The position numbers and the translations under genes are program-made. This document shows positions 38,151-52,776 of a DNA stretch of 64,000 nucleotides, one piece after another (position 1 is the stretch's first letter; each line of letters begins with the position of its first letter). Source of the DNA: Tubiluchus corallicola (taxonomy: Eukaryota > Animalia > Priapulida); assembly GCA_030141605.1 (NCBI GenBank), contig JAQGDQ010000146.1:317933-381932 (forward strand), given 5' to 3'. Under the pieces are notes generated by a model, which saw only the letters and a program-made list of their open reading frames with translations, did no database searches and was not told the origin of the DNA.

Positions 38151-38894
38151 AATCTAAATCTAAATATAAATCTAAATTGAGTCGAGTTACTTCAGTTTTT
38201 GATTATTGATTATTGATTTGAGTAATTGATTATTCAATCAGTTCGCGTGAGGTTACGCGTTGCGTAATTTTGCTAATGAATGCGATCAATCATGCTGCCC
38301 TTTGGCAGTCATCATGTAAATTTTCTTATTTAATTTGGCTTAAAATTAATGAAATTATAATCAGTTTTTCGGAATATCATGAGACCCTGAAAATGAATAA
38401 ATTCCTGGTCCGTTTTACCTGAATTACTGAAGGATGTTTGAGGTTTTAATGACGTCCTGTCTAAGTTCATAAATTTAAAAAATCTGCTTTACACACCATT
38501 TTTTCGTGGCTACGTTTCTTGACTTTTTGCGAATTCACTACGTAAGTGAAATGTTCGCGCATTGTTGACATTGTTAGATAGGTAACGACAGTAGCATTTG
38601 CAATGGATATGTGTTTAAAATACTGTAAGGGTTGGCTTTGCGCATTTGCACCATTTGCTATAAAAGAAGTCAACGCGTAGTTTTCTACGTCTCTGTCGTG
38701 GTTGTCACGTCCACCATGTGTGCTGCAATTTCCAGTGCCTAGCAGTGGTTATCACGTTGACAGGCACGTCATAGTTTGAGCCTAATTAATAATCTTTTGT
38801 CTTTCTTTCTTGTGCACTCCGAAGGCTGAGTGCTCGGTCCCTCGACCCAACAATATTTAGTATCAGGTAAACAATAACTGATACTGATGATACC

Positions 38895-39109
38895 GCGCTG
38901 TGTGCGCTGCTTTTCTTCAGGACGAATGACGTCATTGGAAGAAGGATGGGCTTGAAAATGGGAACGCTCAAGCATGAAGTGATCGCGACTTTAAAGTGAT
39001 TTTATTAATTACACGAGGAGCTTATTGTAGTTTTATTGCTAAATCCTTCTAAAGTTTTCGCGAACTTTGAAATAAGACTACCTCCTAGAAAGCTTGACCT
39101 CTCCTTTAA
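38895..39109 (-). mobile_element. Family B partial copy
   Basis: gaatgacgtcattggaagaaggatggg ... cttgacctctcct-TTAA. Confidence 0.8.
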
Positions 39110-39570
39110 TAACTGTATCTGTTTATTGAGTTTACTGTGTAAACGTATCTACACATATGCAAACCTATTAATATTCCCATTTCATTCAAAGCTCTCACAA
39201 CCACTCAATATGTTCCCATTACGAGAATATAATTAAATTGATTAAAATTTGAAATTATTTCTTATTAAATCGAGAAATATATCGGTGAAAGGTTAGCCGT
39301 TGATTCGGTTTACTCTCCCAGAAGGTGAATTAGAAATAAGAGCTCGAAACGGAAAATTAGTTTAAGGCATTTTACGACAGATTAACACCGAAGCAAATGG
39401 ATTCTGTAATTAGGTTGTAGAAAATTTGCATTTCCTCGAAAGATTTTAATATAATAATCTCCTTGTATTTTAGTGTAGAAGTCTGTTTAAGGAAAATGGG
39501 AAGATATTTCTGTAGAGACTAAAACTACCAATATTTTTATAATTTTATTCGAACAGAAAGTACATTAATC

Positions 39571-40052
39571 ATAGCACACTCACACAGCACACTCACACAG
39601 CACACTCACAGCACACTCACACAGCACACTCACAGCACACTCACACAGCACACTCACACAGCACACTCACAGCACACTCACACAGCACACTCACAGCATA
39701 CTCACACAGCACACTCACAGCACACCCACAGCACACTCACACAGCACACTCACAGCACACTTACACAGCATACTCACACAGCACACTCACAGCACACTCA
39801 CACAGCACACTCACAGCACACTCACACAGCACACTCACACAGCACACTCACAGCACAGCACACTCACAGCACACTCACACAGCACACTCACAGCACACTC
39901 ACAGCACACTTACACAGCACACTCACAGCACACCCACACAGCACACTCACAGCACACCCACACAGCACATTCACACAGCACACTCACAGCACACTCATAC
40001 AGCACACTCACATAGCACACTCACAGCACACCCACACAGCACACTCACACAG
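39571..40052. repeat. 11/13-bp minisatellite agcacactcac(ac)
   Basis: Direct reading. Confidence 0.95.
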
Positions 40053-40438
40053 TGCATTAGTAATCTTTATCAAATGCCACAGGAAAAAGGATATCTGTAA
40101 AGGTGAGCAATCCTAAACTTACTTGTTTATTTATTTATTAAAAACGTACCATTTTTTCGTGACTAAGTTTTTTTACGAACAATAAGTGAAAAGTGCGCAC
40201 ATTGTTGATATTGGTAGATATGTAGTGGCCGTAGCGTTTGCAATGGATTGCAGTGACATACATGTAAATGTGTTAGTTATAAATTATGGCATTTTTATTC
40301 AACTACGTTTAAAAAAAAGAGCCCTGTATTTGTAGGGACGTGTTCCTGTATGCGTTGTTTATTTAAGTGTGTGATTTGTTAATTGTACGTGTGTTTATGT
40401 TTGTGAAATAAAGCGTTTATTATTATTATTTAAAATAT

Positions 40439-40921
40439 TTAAAGGAAGACGGGATGATTTTTCACACACTACCCCATTTTCAAGTACGGTAAGAAGTGTA
40501 CATTTTAACACAATTAATACTGCAAAAGCACTTCTGATAATTAAATAATAGATTAAAGTTTTAGTTAACGGCGAACGAGCCCAACTACTGACGACATCAC
40601 AAACTAACATAATTTTCAACAGCAAAAATATTCCACGAGCGTGTTGCACGTGTTTGTTAAAGCGAAAATTGTAGTACAGTACTACTGTAAGATATTCAGT
40701 GTGTTGTACTAAAGCTAGGCAAGTGTTAAGATAAAAATTCAACTTTATCGCTGTTGGAACTTGTGCTTTACGTCACAAACGAAGACCTGCCTGTAACAGC
40801 GAAGAACTGGCGGAAATTCCGTTTGTGAGGCAATAGTTCTTTCACGTAAGTCATTTTCGAAAAACATGATATGTTTAAAAGAGTACATTGTTTTGACTTA
40901 CAGTTTAACATTGAGTTTTGC
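40439..40921 (+). mobile_element. Family A copy with internal deletions
   Basis: TTAA-AGGAAGACGGGATGATTTTT...; aligns to family A. Confidence 0.8.
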
Positions 40922-41821
40922 TCGCCATACGCTTTTCTTGACGTTGGCCGAACGAGACGTCGAACTCGTCCTCACGCAGATTTGATGAAAAGTAAAGTTC
41001 AGTATCATGCTTCTAACTTTAGGTAAAGAGAACTAACTTTATTCAGAAAAAAACGTTTATGCGATTAAAACTTAAAACTAGAATGATTACAATGAGTCAA
41101 ATTTAAAAATTATTTACAACTGCAGATCAGATTTCCATCTTAAAATTTTGGAAGCGATAACAATAAATTTTAAAAATCCAATTCTATGTAGAGAATAAGA
41201 ACATGCTATTAACTTGTCTCTGTTTTAGTTACTGAATCTAGTACTAATTTTATTCAGTAACAAACATGGCTGCTTTCAACAACAATTTTAGTTTTGTGCT
41301 TTAACCTAATACTTTGATATAATTACAGAAGTAGACACTGAAGAGCTCTGCTGAAAAGTCGTATGTCTTTCAGTTTAGTTGCTGTCTAATTGCATATATC
41401 TTTGCACTGTGCAATAGATGCTGAAACTTTACCATCAGGTCTTAGTGTTATTTAAAGCATTATTGAAATTCTGTATCACAAAGAACCTGTTTAAATTCGT
41501 CCTCTGTATTGTTGGCTAACTCCACGTAGAAGTTCTCAAATAGATTTCAAAACTGCCAAAAGCCTTGTAAGTGAATGCATAAACAACTTGTACATTAATG
41601 CAAAATTCATTTATCCCAGGTCATATTAAACGACTTAATTTTGCTGATAGTCAGTTTGTAAATATGTGAAGAATGCAAAGTTTAAGTTTATAGTGATATT
41701 TTATTTTTGGACCTGTAGTTTGGATTTTGGTCATTTGCCTCCAACAGTGTATGTTTTTAACTATCACTGATTGAGCATCTCAAGAGTTTGTTATGATTAT
41801 CAATATATGACAAATAAAGAT

Positions 41822-43037
<1,216 letters not shown>

Positions 43038-43513
43038 ATTTCTGAAACTGGTTGTTTTTTTCAATGTGCAGCCAGTAAATCAGCTTTGTCGAGTTTTTTC
43101 CTGATTTTGAGCACGTGGATTTATCAGATGCGATTTACCATAAGGTAGCTGGTTTAAAATTACAAAATAAATAATCTTATCTTCTAACAAAATGAAGCCA
43201 CGCATGCAGGAAATGACGTGCTGTTTATACTGGGTATCATTTCCGCCGCTGATTGATGCCTGTCTCTGTCCAGGATAAATCCTTTCAGCTATCCCACCGG
43301 TGCTTTTACCCATCCGGAAATGAAAGTTGACATTTCATGTTCAGTTTGATTGATAAAATCTACAGACTGTTTTGCGATTAATTATGTCTGGCGATGGTTA
43401 ATGTAATGGTCTGTGAGGGAGAGACGATTATTTACGGTATTACGTCATCTTCATGTAGTGTGTTATGCCTACTGAGGCCACGATGGCTGAGTGGTCACGT
43501 TCTGTCCTTTGTG

Positions 43514-43959
43514 GCCCAATCTTAAACTGCAGGTCAAAACAATCTACTCTTTAAAATATTGAAAGGAAACATACTATTTTTAAAGAATGATTTACGTGAA
43601 AGAATTATTACCACACAAACACAATTTCACGTGCATTTCACCATTTGCTAGTTACACGGGCACTAGCGACTGCATTTCGGAAACGCGTTGCACAAATTTC
43701 AGACGTGTTAGCTTGTGACGCACAACACACGTTCGACAGCTCATGCATGAGCAGAGCGGTAAATTTGAATTTGAATTTTTATCTTAAAACTTGCCTAGTT
43801 TTAGTACAACACACTGAATACCTTACAGTAGCACTGTGCAACACGCTCGTGGAATATTTTTGCTATTGAAAATGATGTTAGTTTGTGACGTCATCTATAG
43901 TTGGGATCGTCCGCCGCTAATTAAGATTTTAATCTATTATTAAATTATCAGAAACGTTT
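43514..43959 (-). mobile_element. Family A copy truncated by a family E element
   Basis: Reverse-complement match to family A that stops at cagaaacgttt, where TTAAAGAGCAAGAAAAC begins. Confidence 0.8.
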
Positions 43960-44481
43960 TTAAAGAGCAAGAAAACTCTTTACTTTCATAAAGGTAAAAG
44001 ATCTTGAAATTTTGTCCACTTTTTTGCCTCCACTTACAAAATGCTTAAAAGCTTGTCTTGAAATTCTATACCACTTGCATACTGCCTTTTTCCATACAGG
44101 GTTTGCGTCGGCAGCAACGCTGTGTAAAACTGAAATTCAAACTCGCGCGATTACCGTTAGGCGCAGCCATTTTGACGATAGATCATTTGAAACAAGTTTA
44201 GGTAACATTGCGTAAAGTTTGAAAAAATAATCAAAGGATTTGTAGCGCACATTTTACTAATTAAATTACTTTATTTTGTCAATAAGATTAAAAATACGTT
44301 TTTGGTGAGTCAGTGGTGTACACTGGGAAGGTGAGTCAGTGACATTTTACCAGTTGGCACGAACATTTAAAAATTTCTAAGAATTTTCTTTTCTACTTAC
44401 ATAAGTCTTTCAAGCAGGTAAGCGTAATGCTAGCTAATATAACTTTATGTGGAAAGTTCTAAATTGTTTTCTTCCCTTCAA
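43960..44481 (+). mobile_element. Kolobok-like MITE family E, related copy
   Basis: TTAA-AGAGCAAGAAAAC ... GTTTTCTTCCCT-TCAA; internal homology to 57930-58340 (ccgttaggcgc.gccattttga). Confidence 0.7.
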
Positions 44482-44776
44482 ACAAGCCGTGTCATTCAGT
44501 GTCAGACACTATATAAAAATTTAAAAAACAAAAACTGTGTCACACAAACTGTGTCAAAACTGTGTTACTAAAATACCCGAACTCCAATCAATTTTGCTAA
44601 TTTGAAAACCTATCAGCCGTGGTGAACAACTGCAATTTCGGAAACTTTTAATCACACTACCGCTTCCGCTTTTAAATATTTTTAACCGTCTTAGATTAAC
44701 TTATTGCTATGGACTTGCATTGACTTATTTGAACAATATGACTGACTATGCGAAGTGCACAGCATGGGCATGTTAT

Positions 44777-45327
44777 TTAAAGGAAAACCGGATGATTGTG
44801 TAAACATTAGTTCAAAATAAAGAATGCTCTAAAATATTGAAAACTGCAACAGTTTTTTTTAAATCAAAGCTTAGATCAAATAATAATGACCTCTGATACT
44901 CAAATTTTGTTAAACTTTCAAAGCTACTCGCGACTCAGTGAATCTACTAAGAATGGCAACGGCGCCTTTTTGTCACATGCGCGTGGTCGACAAATAGAAG
45001 GCGGTACCGTGATAACCATGATCATGAACTATAGAGAAAGTTTCTGACGTCATATGACGTAGTGCCCATTTTTGTGACATTACGCGTTTAAGCAGCAACA
45101 CTTACGCAAATGTGCTTGACGCGCAAAGGAAGACGCCTGCCATTCCACAAACTGTGGTTAGTTTCTGATGTAAGTAATAGCTGCGCTCGGTTACTGTTAA
45201 TTAACTTTCTAAGGTAATTATTCAAATATAAGAAACAATTGTTAACTTTTATAGGCAAGAAAATGTATACTTTGGACAGTAAATTAAAATGAGATTGAGT
45301 CTAAACAATCATTCGGTTTTCTTTTAA
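44777..45327 (+). mobile_element. Kolobok-like MITE family C, full length
   Basis: TTAA-AGGAAAACCGGATGATTG ... CAATCATTCGGTTTTCTT-TTAA. Confidence 0.8.
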
Positions 45328-45869
45328 AGGAAAGGTCAACTCTTCAGGAGGTTAAGCTTATTTCAATGTTCGCAAAAATGTTAGAAGGATTTAGTAATAA
45401 AACTGCGATAAGCGCCTCGTGTAATTAGTACAAATGACTTTAAAGTCGCCATCACTTCATGCTTGAGCGCTCCCATTTTCAATGCCCATTCTTCTTCCAA
45501 TGACGTCATTCGTCTTGAAGAAAAGTAGCGCACTGTCAATTTTCGTCAAAAAGTATAAAAAGATTTTACAAAAAAATGTGATGGCTGATTTTATAATATT
45601 TTTGCGTGAACATTAGGTAAGCTCCAGAAGTTTGAATTAGTTTGAGCGCTTACGAGTTTACGAAAAGTCACCAACTCTTCCAGTTACGTCATGATTTTCA
45701 AGTGAATGGCGGCAACCACCACACACGAAAATTTCTATTCAGAGGTAGTATATTTTAAATTTATGCTTTATAGGCAGTTCTTTGCAAATTTCTTTGTTAT
45801 ATTTTTTAAAGTTTAAGTGACAGCGGTAAAATAAACCCGACATACTAAGTGAGTTGTTTTTTCCTTTAA
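45324..45869 (+). mobile_element. Kolobok-like MITE family B, full length
   Basis: TTAA-AGGAAAGGTCAACTC ... GAGTTGTTTTTTCCT-TTAA; left TTAA shared with the family C element. Confidence 0.88.
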
Positions 45870-46369
45870 TTATACAACTTTTGTTTGGTAAAAGTTTTCT
45901 AATTACAAGAATTCGAAGGTTTTTTGTGAATTGCTTGCAGGAACTCACCTTCACCCAAGCCTCGCTGATGAATCCTTCCACTTCCTTGAAATAGGAATTC
46001 TTCGTGTGCAATTAGGCTGATAATTGTGAATGTCTGGAAAGAACTTCTCCCAGTCAATTAGGGACTGCACAGCCGGGTAATTAGTTAATTATGTTCCGCG
46101 TGGGATTGACTCACACTATATCACCGTACATAGACCCGCCTTAATAGCACAGCTCGTTACTAACAAATAGTCATATAGCGTATGTATTAAATAGAGCGTT
46201 TGTGTGGAGAAATAGGGAAGGTTTGGAGGAAATTAACTTGCCGGTTCTTTAGAGAAAACACGGTTGCAAGAGGCTGACTTTTTTCTCGCGTTGAGATAAT
46301 TGGAAATAGAAGCAGAGAGGTCATAACGACCTGCTTTAACGTTATTTCAGCTATGAGAGTTAATATTCT

Positions 46370-46835
46370 TGATTAAGAGTCTTATAGTGATCGCGTGTAG
46401 CCCACTGGACTAACAATTTTGTTTGCTAACGAGATTGCTTAACATCAGTGGTGCTCGTGATTCTTGGAACGGAGGTTAGCTGATGATGAAGGGAGCAATT
46501 GATGAAGTGTCTTACAGTGATCGCGTATAGCCCATTGGTCTAACAAGTTTGTTTACTAATGAGATTACTTACACCGACGGTGCGCGTGATTCTTGGAGCG
46601 GAGTGTGGCCGATCTTGCAGGAAACAATTGATAAAAAGTTCTGATTAAGAGCCTTATACTGATTGCGCGTAGCGCACTGGTCTAACATTTTTCCCCCACT
46701 GAGATTGCTTACACCAACAGTGCTCGTGATTCTCGGAGCGGAGGGTGACCGATCTTGAAGGAAACAATTGATAGAAAGTTCTGATTAAGAGCCTTATAGT
46801 GATTGCGTGTAGCGTACTGGTCTAACAATTTTGTT
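46370..46835. repeat. Diverged ~130-142-bp tandem repeat, 3.5 copies
   Basis: cttatagtgatcgcgtgtagcccactggtctaacaa restarts at 46381, 46510, 46652 and 46793. Confidence 0.85.
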
Positions 46836-47568
46836 TGTTTGCACTAACAACGACAGCAGCAGCACCAACAACAACAACAACAACAACTGCGATAATAGCA
46901 GCAGCCGTAGCAACAGCAACAACAACAACAACAACATTACATATTCTTACAAATTTTATTACAGATACGAAGAGGCTACTCAAAGGTTGTAGTTGGACAT
47001 CACCATTCTGACGGTAACGATTGTACCACCTCGAAATCACTTAAACATAAGAAATTCAAAATAAATGTTATAACGAAGGCAGCTGTCTTTTCACTTCTCT
47101 TTTGTACTAGATTTGCAATAACGTCGCGCTAAACCAAATTTCCATAATTCTATTTCTCGTCAAGCGCTGGCATTTCTTTCCACTTTTCGACTCAATAAAA
47201 ACCTTTTTGTGTGGCAAATTGAAGGACATTCGACTGGAAGCGTCCTGAGAGCCCATTTGTAACGCTTCCACTGGAGTGCACTTTCAAATTGGTCCATCAC
47301 AGTTGTAATGGAGGATTCAGGCACTGAAAGAGGGGGTTACGCTTTAGATGTCTCGTTTAAGGAGCTTAGAAGCAATAATTATTTCATTGAGGTCAAATAG
47401 TTTTTGTGATTTATTTTTCAAAAAATACACTACTTTATGTTTATTAGTTTGTGTTTTCAGTGAGAATGTACTAAAATGGATTCCCTACACGGGAACGCAA
47501 ACAAAAATAATTTTGCAATTAATTTTATAAGCATGCATAAATAGCTATGCATACGTATCCATCGCTAG

Positions 47569-48460
<892 letters not shown>

Positions 48461-48915
48461 TTTCGAAGCCATGTAAGTCTTGCTTTGCCTATACGGGGTG
48501 CTTGATGTCTATACACCTGCTCAGAGTGGATCAGCCCCCGCAAATTGTGGTACTTACCCTAATTCGTTAATGTAACCCTTTCCTCTGCAAAGTCCTTCTA
48601 AATGTACTTCAAAAGGTAGTTTTTCCAAAACAATCGATTTTCATTCGGTCTGTTTGCTGAATTGAATTCGATTCTTGCTCGCCATTGTGACTAGATTACG
48701 CTGATTGGATTCGCAGGCAGGAAGAGGGGGGCAGCTGGTTGCCTGTCTGCTTTTTAACAAGCAAATGAACGATCCTTGTGATTCATTTGAGATATAATAA
48801 ACTCATGCAAGAGTTTGAATGAGTCAGAATAAAGAAGAAATATCATGTACATTGTACAGGTATAATTCGTCAATGCAAGACGTACTTTTAAAACCTCACA
48901 CACAGTTTGGATCAC

Positions 48916-49228
48916 TAAGCCTTTTCACTGTTTCGTTGTGCGCACGCGCAGTTGCAGTAGGTCAAAGGTTAAGTGTGCCGCAGCAACTCGTCTTAACAAC
49001 AACCGTCAAGTGAAGTGTGGGTAAAGCAAAACCAGGTCCGCATCAGTTCAGTAACTTCAGTTGTTTTACGTAGACTTTACTTAAGTATGCATTAGACTGT
49101 GCATAAAGTGATTTACTAGCAGGATTTTGCTTGGGAACAAGAAAAAATGGATTAGGTAAGGTTCTAGCTAGCTGTTAAAACTGTTGCTAGGACAGTAACA
49201 TGGGCTGCGAGGCGTTGTCAAGTGCTTA
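48916..49228 (+). mobile_element. Harbinger-like MITE family D, 3'-truncated
   Basis: TAAGCCTTTTCACTGTTTCGTTGTGCGCAC...; homologous to the 50358, 52777, 59399 and 61920 copies. Confidence 0.8.
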
Positions 49229-50357
49229 CTTACACGCACGTGCATTTTGTTCAGCAATGCACGTACATTGTTTAAGATACTGTAAACACTTTTTAATTAG
49301 ATATTAATTGCTAAACGACAAATTGAACAATTTTCTTTCCTTCAGGAAATGGCAACTTTACCGGAATTTTCGTTTGCTTTTAATTTCGTTCGTGTTTACG
49401 ATTCATTATCCCGAACAAAGAACGTCAAAAACCCATCTGTTAAAAAACTTGTTTCAAAGATGAAAATTGCTGACTGAAGTCAATTGTTACGTGTTGTTTG
49501 CTACAGTAAACTTTGCACTGTAAATTAATGGCAGCGAAATTTCAATGCTATAGTGTTTTCAGTATGTCGTCACTTAGACACATTTGACCGTATTTTAGTA
49601 CCTTTGTATTTACAAAACTAAAATTAATGTTTGTTTGCAAATACCGATATTTTAATTCGCACAACTTTTAGCTTAGGCAATATATTCATTTTACATTTAC
49701 ACATGTTTTTATTACGTTTTCAAAGGTATGATCAAACTGTAAAGCTTATTGCATTTTAATTTTAAATACAAAATAACAATTATATACTTCCTTTAAAACT
49801 ATATAAATTCTTCGAGTTTTGAATTTAAACAAAAATTGAAATCGAATTAATGCTTTAAAGCATGTCATGGCGCCATTTTTTATGTACTTGTTCCCCTAAC
49901 TTTAAAACCTGTCTACGCCTCTGCTTAGTACAACTCGGACGACTACGGATCCTTGTAACTTCACGTAAATAACTTTACTTACCACGAACTGTAGGAATAT
50001 CTTAATTAATTTCGTCATCCAGAATCAGCGATAACTGTTAATTTATAAGCTGGTTGCTGCTACTGGAATTCATACCATCGGATATCTGAAGACATAATGA
50101 TAATTGAATAACCAAAAATTGAAATAAAAGGTGAATTGAATTGAATTGATAACTGGCCATTAGCGTCCGAGTAACAAAAGATTTTATTATCATAACTATC
50201 TATTGGAAAATTGTTTTTGTTAACGTCTCATCATACGCATCAAATATTTCGTGAAAAGCATCATTCCCTCTGATTTATATTTCACAAAAATTCATGTTCA
50301 ATCTTCAGGTGATTTACTTTTAAACATGGAGAAAAATTGTTGTTTCTCTTTCTTAAA

Positions 50358-50944
50358 TAAGCTTTTTCACGGTTCCAGCGATTGATGATGATCGTGAAAA
50401 GGTCAAAGGTTAAGCGTACCACACAACACGTTTGAGAGCACTTGACAAACGCAACGCAGCCCATGCTGTTGTAATAGTAACAGTTTTAACAGCTATCTAG
50501 AACCTTACCTAGTTCATTTTTTGTTGTTTCCAAGTAAATCCTGCTAGTAAATCACTCTACACACAGACTAATGCATATTTAAGTAAAGTCCATGTAAAAA
50601 AACTGAAGTTACTGAACTGAGCAGACGGCTTTGTTTTACGCGCATATCACGCGACGGTTGTAGTTAAGACGCGTTGTTGTGGTACACTTAACCTTTGACC
50701 TACATCAAGTGCGCGTGCGCACAACGAAACTGTGAAAATTGTCTAAATTTTGTTTGCTATGTGAACACGCTTGGAACAAGAAAAAATGAAATAGGTAAGA
50801 TTCTAGCTGGCTGTTAAAACTGTTACTATTACAGTAGCATGGTCTGCGAGACGTTGTCAAGTGTACGCAAATGCGTTGTCTGACACATATAACCTTTGAC
50901 CTTTTCACGATCATTATCAATCGCTGGAACTGCGAAAAGACTTA
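50358..50944. mobile_element. Family D full copy (-) plus adjacent 3' half (+), forming a fold-back
   Basis: 50358-50745 is the reverse complement of family D; 50767-50944 is its 3' half in forward orientation, ending ACTGCGAAAAGACTTA. Confidence 0.8.
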
Positions 50945-51295
50945 GTGTTATAATAGACCATTTTGTTTATTTACGTAATTCCCATTCAGCAGAACATACT
51001 CACAGAATAATTTTCCCTATTTCCTTCAAGCACTTCATCAGTAATTGATTGCTTTTCATATCTGTAGAAAGATAAAAGAGGATTGAATAAAGGACGTTTG
51101 CTAGCGGCAAAGTGAGTTATTTCAAGATGTTGCACTCGCTAAGCGTGAAGGTATTGCATTTATCACGATTAGAGTTTCAACGTGGCATTTAAAACTGCTA
51201 AGTCGTATTTTAACGGTTTTAGTTTTTTTATTTCTTCTAACTGGAAAAATGTATGAATTTCTAGAGAAATATCAAAATGTATTCATTAATCACTG

Positions 51296-51352
51296 GCGGA
51301 CTGGGCAGGATTACCCTATAACCTAGCATAGGCTGTAGCCTAGGGCCCTGTA
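51296..51352. mobile_element. hAT-like MITE terminal fragment related to 58676-59114
   Basis: ggattaccctataacctagcataggctgtagcctagggccct matches the start of the 58676 element. Confidence 0.55.
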
Positions 51353-51819
51353 GTCAAGCATTGGTAACTGTTTAGTAAAATATTTAGCAAAATAAAATTA
51401 TTTGGTAAAAAATATGTTTTTTTCACTCTGATTGTTTTGAAATATGTGTTAATTTGGTTTTCAATAAATAGTGGTATTGCTTAAAGGATATTTTTATTGA
51501 CAAACAAAAGATTTAAATAATTTACAACATGTTTACTTCAAGCTATGTACTTCAAGACGAGACGCTACGATAGTATAGAGTATATAGTATATCGTCTACA
51601 ATCACGTAGGTTAGAGGCGTTTCAGTGAGTCTGTTGTTGTGTTTATGCCTACGTAGAAAGATATATAATTAGACGACAGATGAGTGAAGTAGCAATTTTT
51701 CTTCAATTGCGGCATTTGGATGACGATAAACGTGCTGTATAGAATCAAGTTTCACAGGTAGAATAGATTTGTTGAATACAATAGGACCATATTATACATG
51801 CATGTTACTGATACTCTGC

Positions 51820-52259
51820 CGCTGCTACTGTTACTACTGCTGCTGCTGCTACTGCTACTACTACTGCTACTGCTGCTGCTACTACTGCTGCTACTGTTGC
51901 TACTACTGCTGCTACTGTTACTGCTACTACTGCTGCTACTGTTGCTACTACTGCTGCTACTGCTACTGCTGCTTCTACTGTTGCCACTACTGCTGCTACT
52001 GCTACTACTGCTGTTACTGTTACTGCTACTACTGCCCCTACTGCTGCTGCTACTGCTACTGCTGCTGCTGCTGCTACTGCTACTACTGCTGCTACTGCTG
52101 CTGCTGCTACTACTACTACTACTGTTGCTGCAGCTGGTGCTGCTGCTGCTGCTGCTGCTACTGCTACTGCTACTGCTACTGCTACTGCTACTGCTACTGC
52201 TACTGCTACTGCTACTGCTACTGCTACTGCTACTGCTACTGCTACTGCTACTGCTACTG

Positions 52260-52332
<73 letters not shown>

Positions 52333-52358
52333 CACTACTCCTACTATAACGACTACTA
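51820..52358. repeat. (CTG/CTA)n compound microsatellite
   Basis: Direct reading. Confidence 0.97.
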
Positions 52359-52776
52359 GTATTCCTTTCATCCCGCATTTGTGTAATATATTCATTTTAA
52401 ATTTTCAGTAATTATCAAAAATTAATGTTCGTGAAGATTCACCTGCGCATTTGATTTCCTCAACATAAAAATTTACAATCACCGCGAACTTGTTTCAGTT
52501 GGCCAACAAAACGCCACGAATCTATGGTGTGTATTTAATAAATTCTTGTTTATTTCTGAATTAAAGTGAACATAAAACGCACTATCTCTTTACCTGCTAG
52601 GTGTGCTCTTGAATATATCGTGTTACGTGCCCTCATTACATAGGAGTTTTATTAGAAGCAACAACCGTTTTATGGTCTTTGTAATTTCCTCTTCGTGTTT
52701 CATAAACCATCTCTTCTGATGCAACAGCATGTCTTTTTAATTTTACATGTCCTCAAAGAATGTGTTTTAGCAACAA

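Noticed and set aside
49330-49480. Strong + strand acceptor followed by ATGGCA
   Set aside because: The ORF is only ~42 codons, unrecognisable, and has no supported upstream exon.
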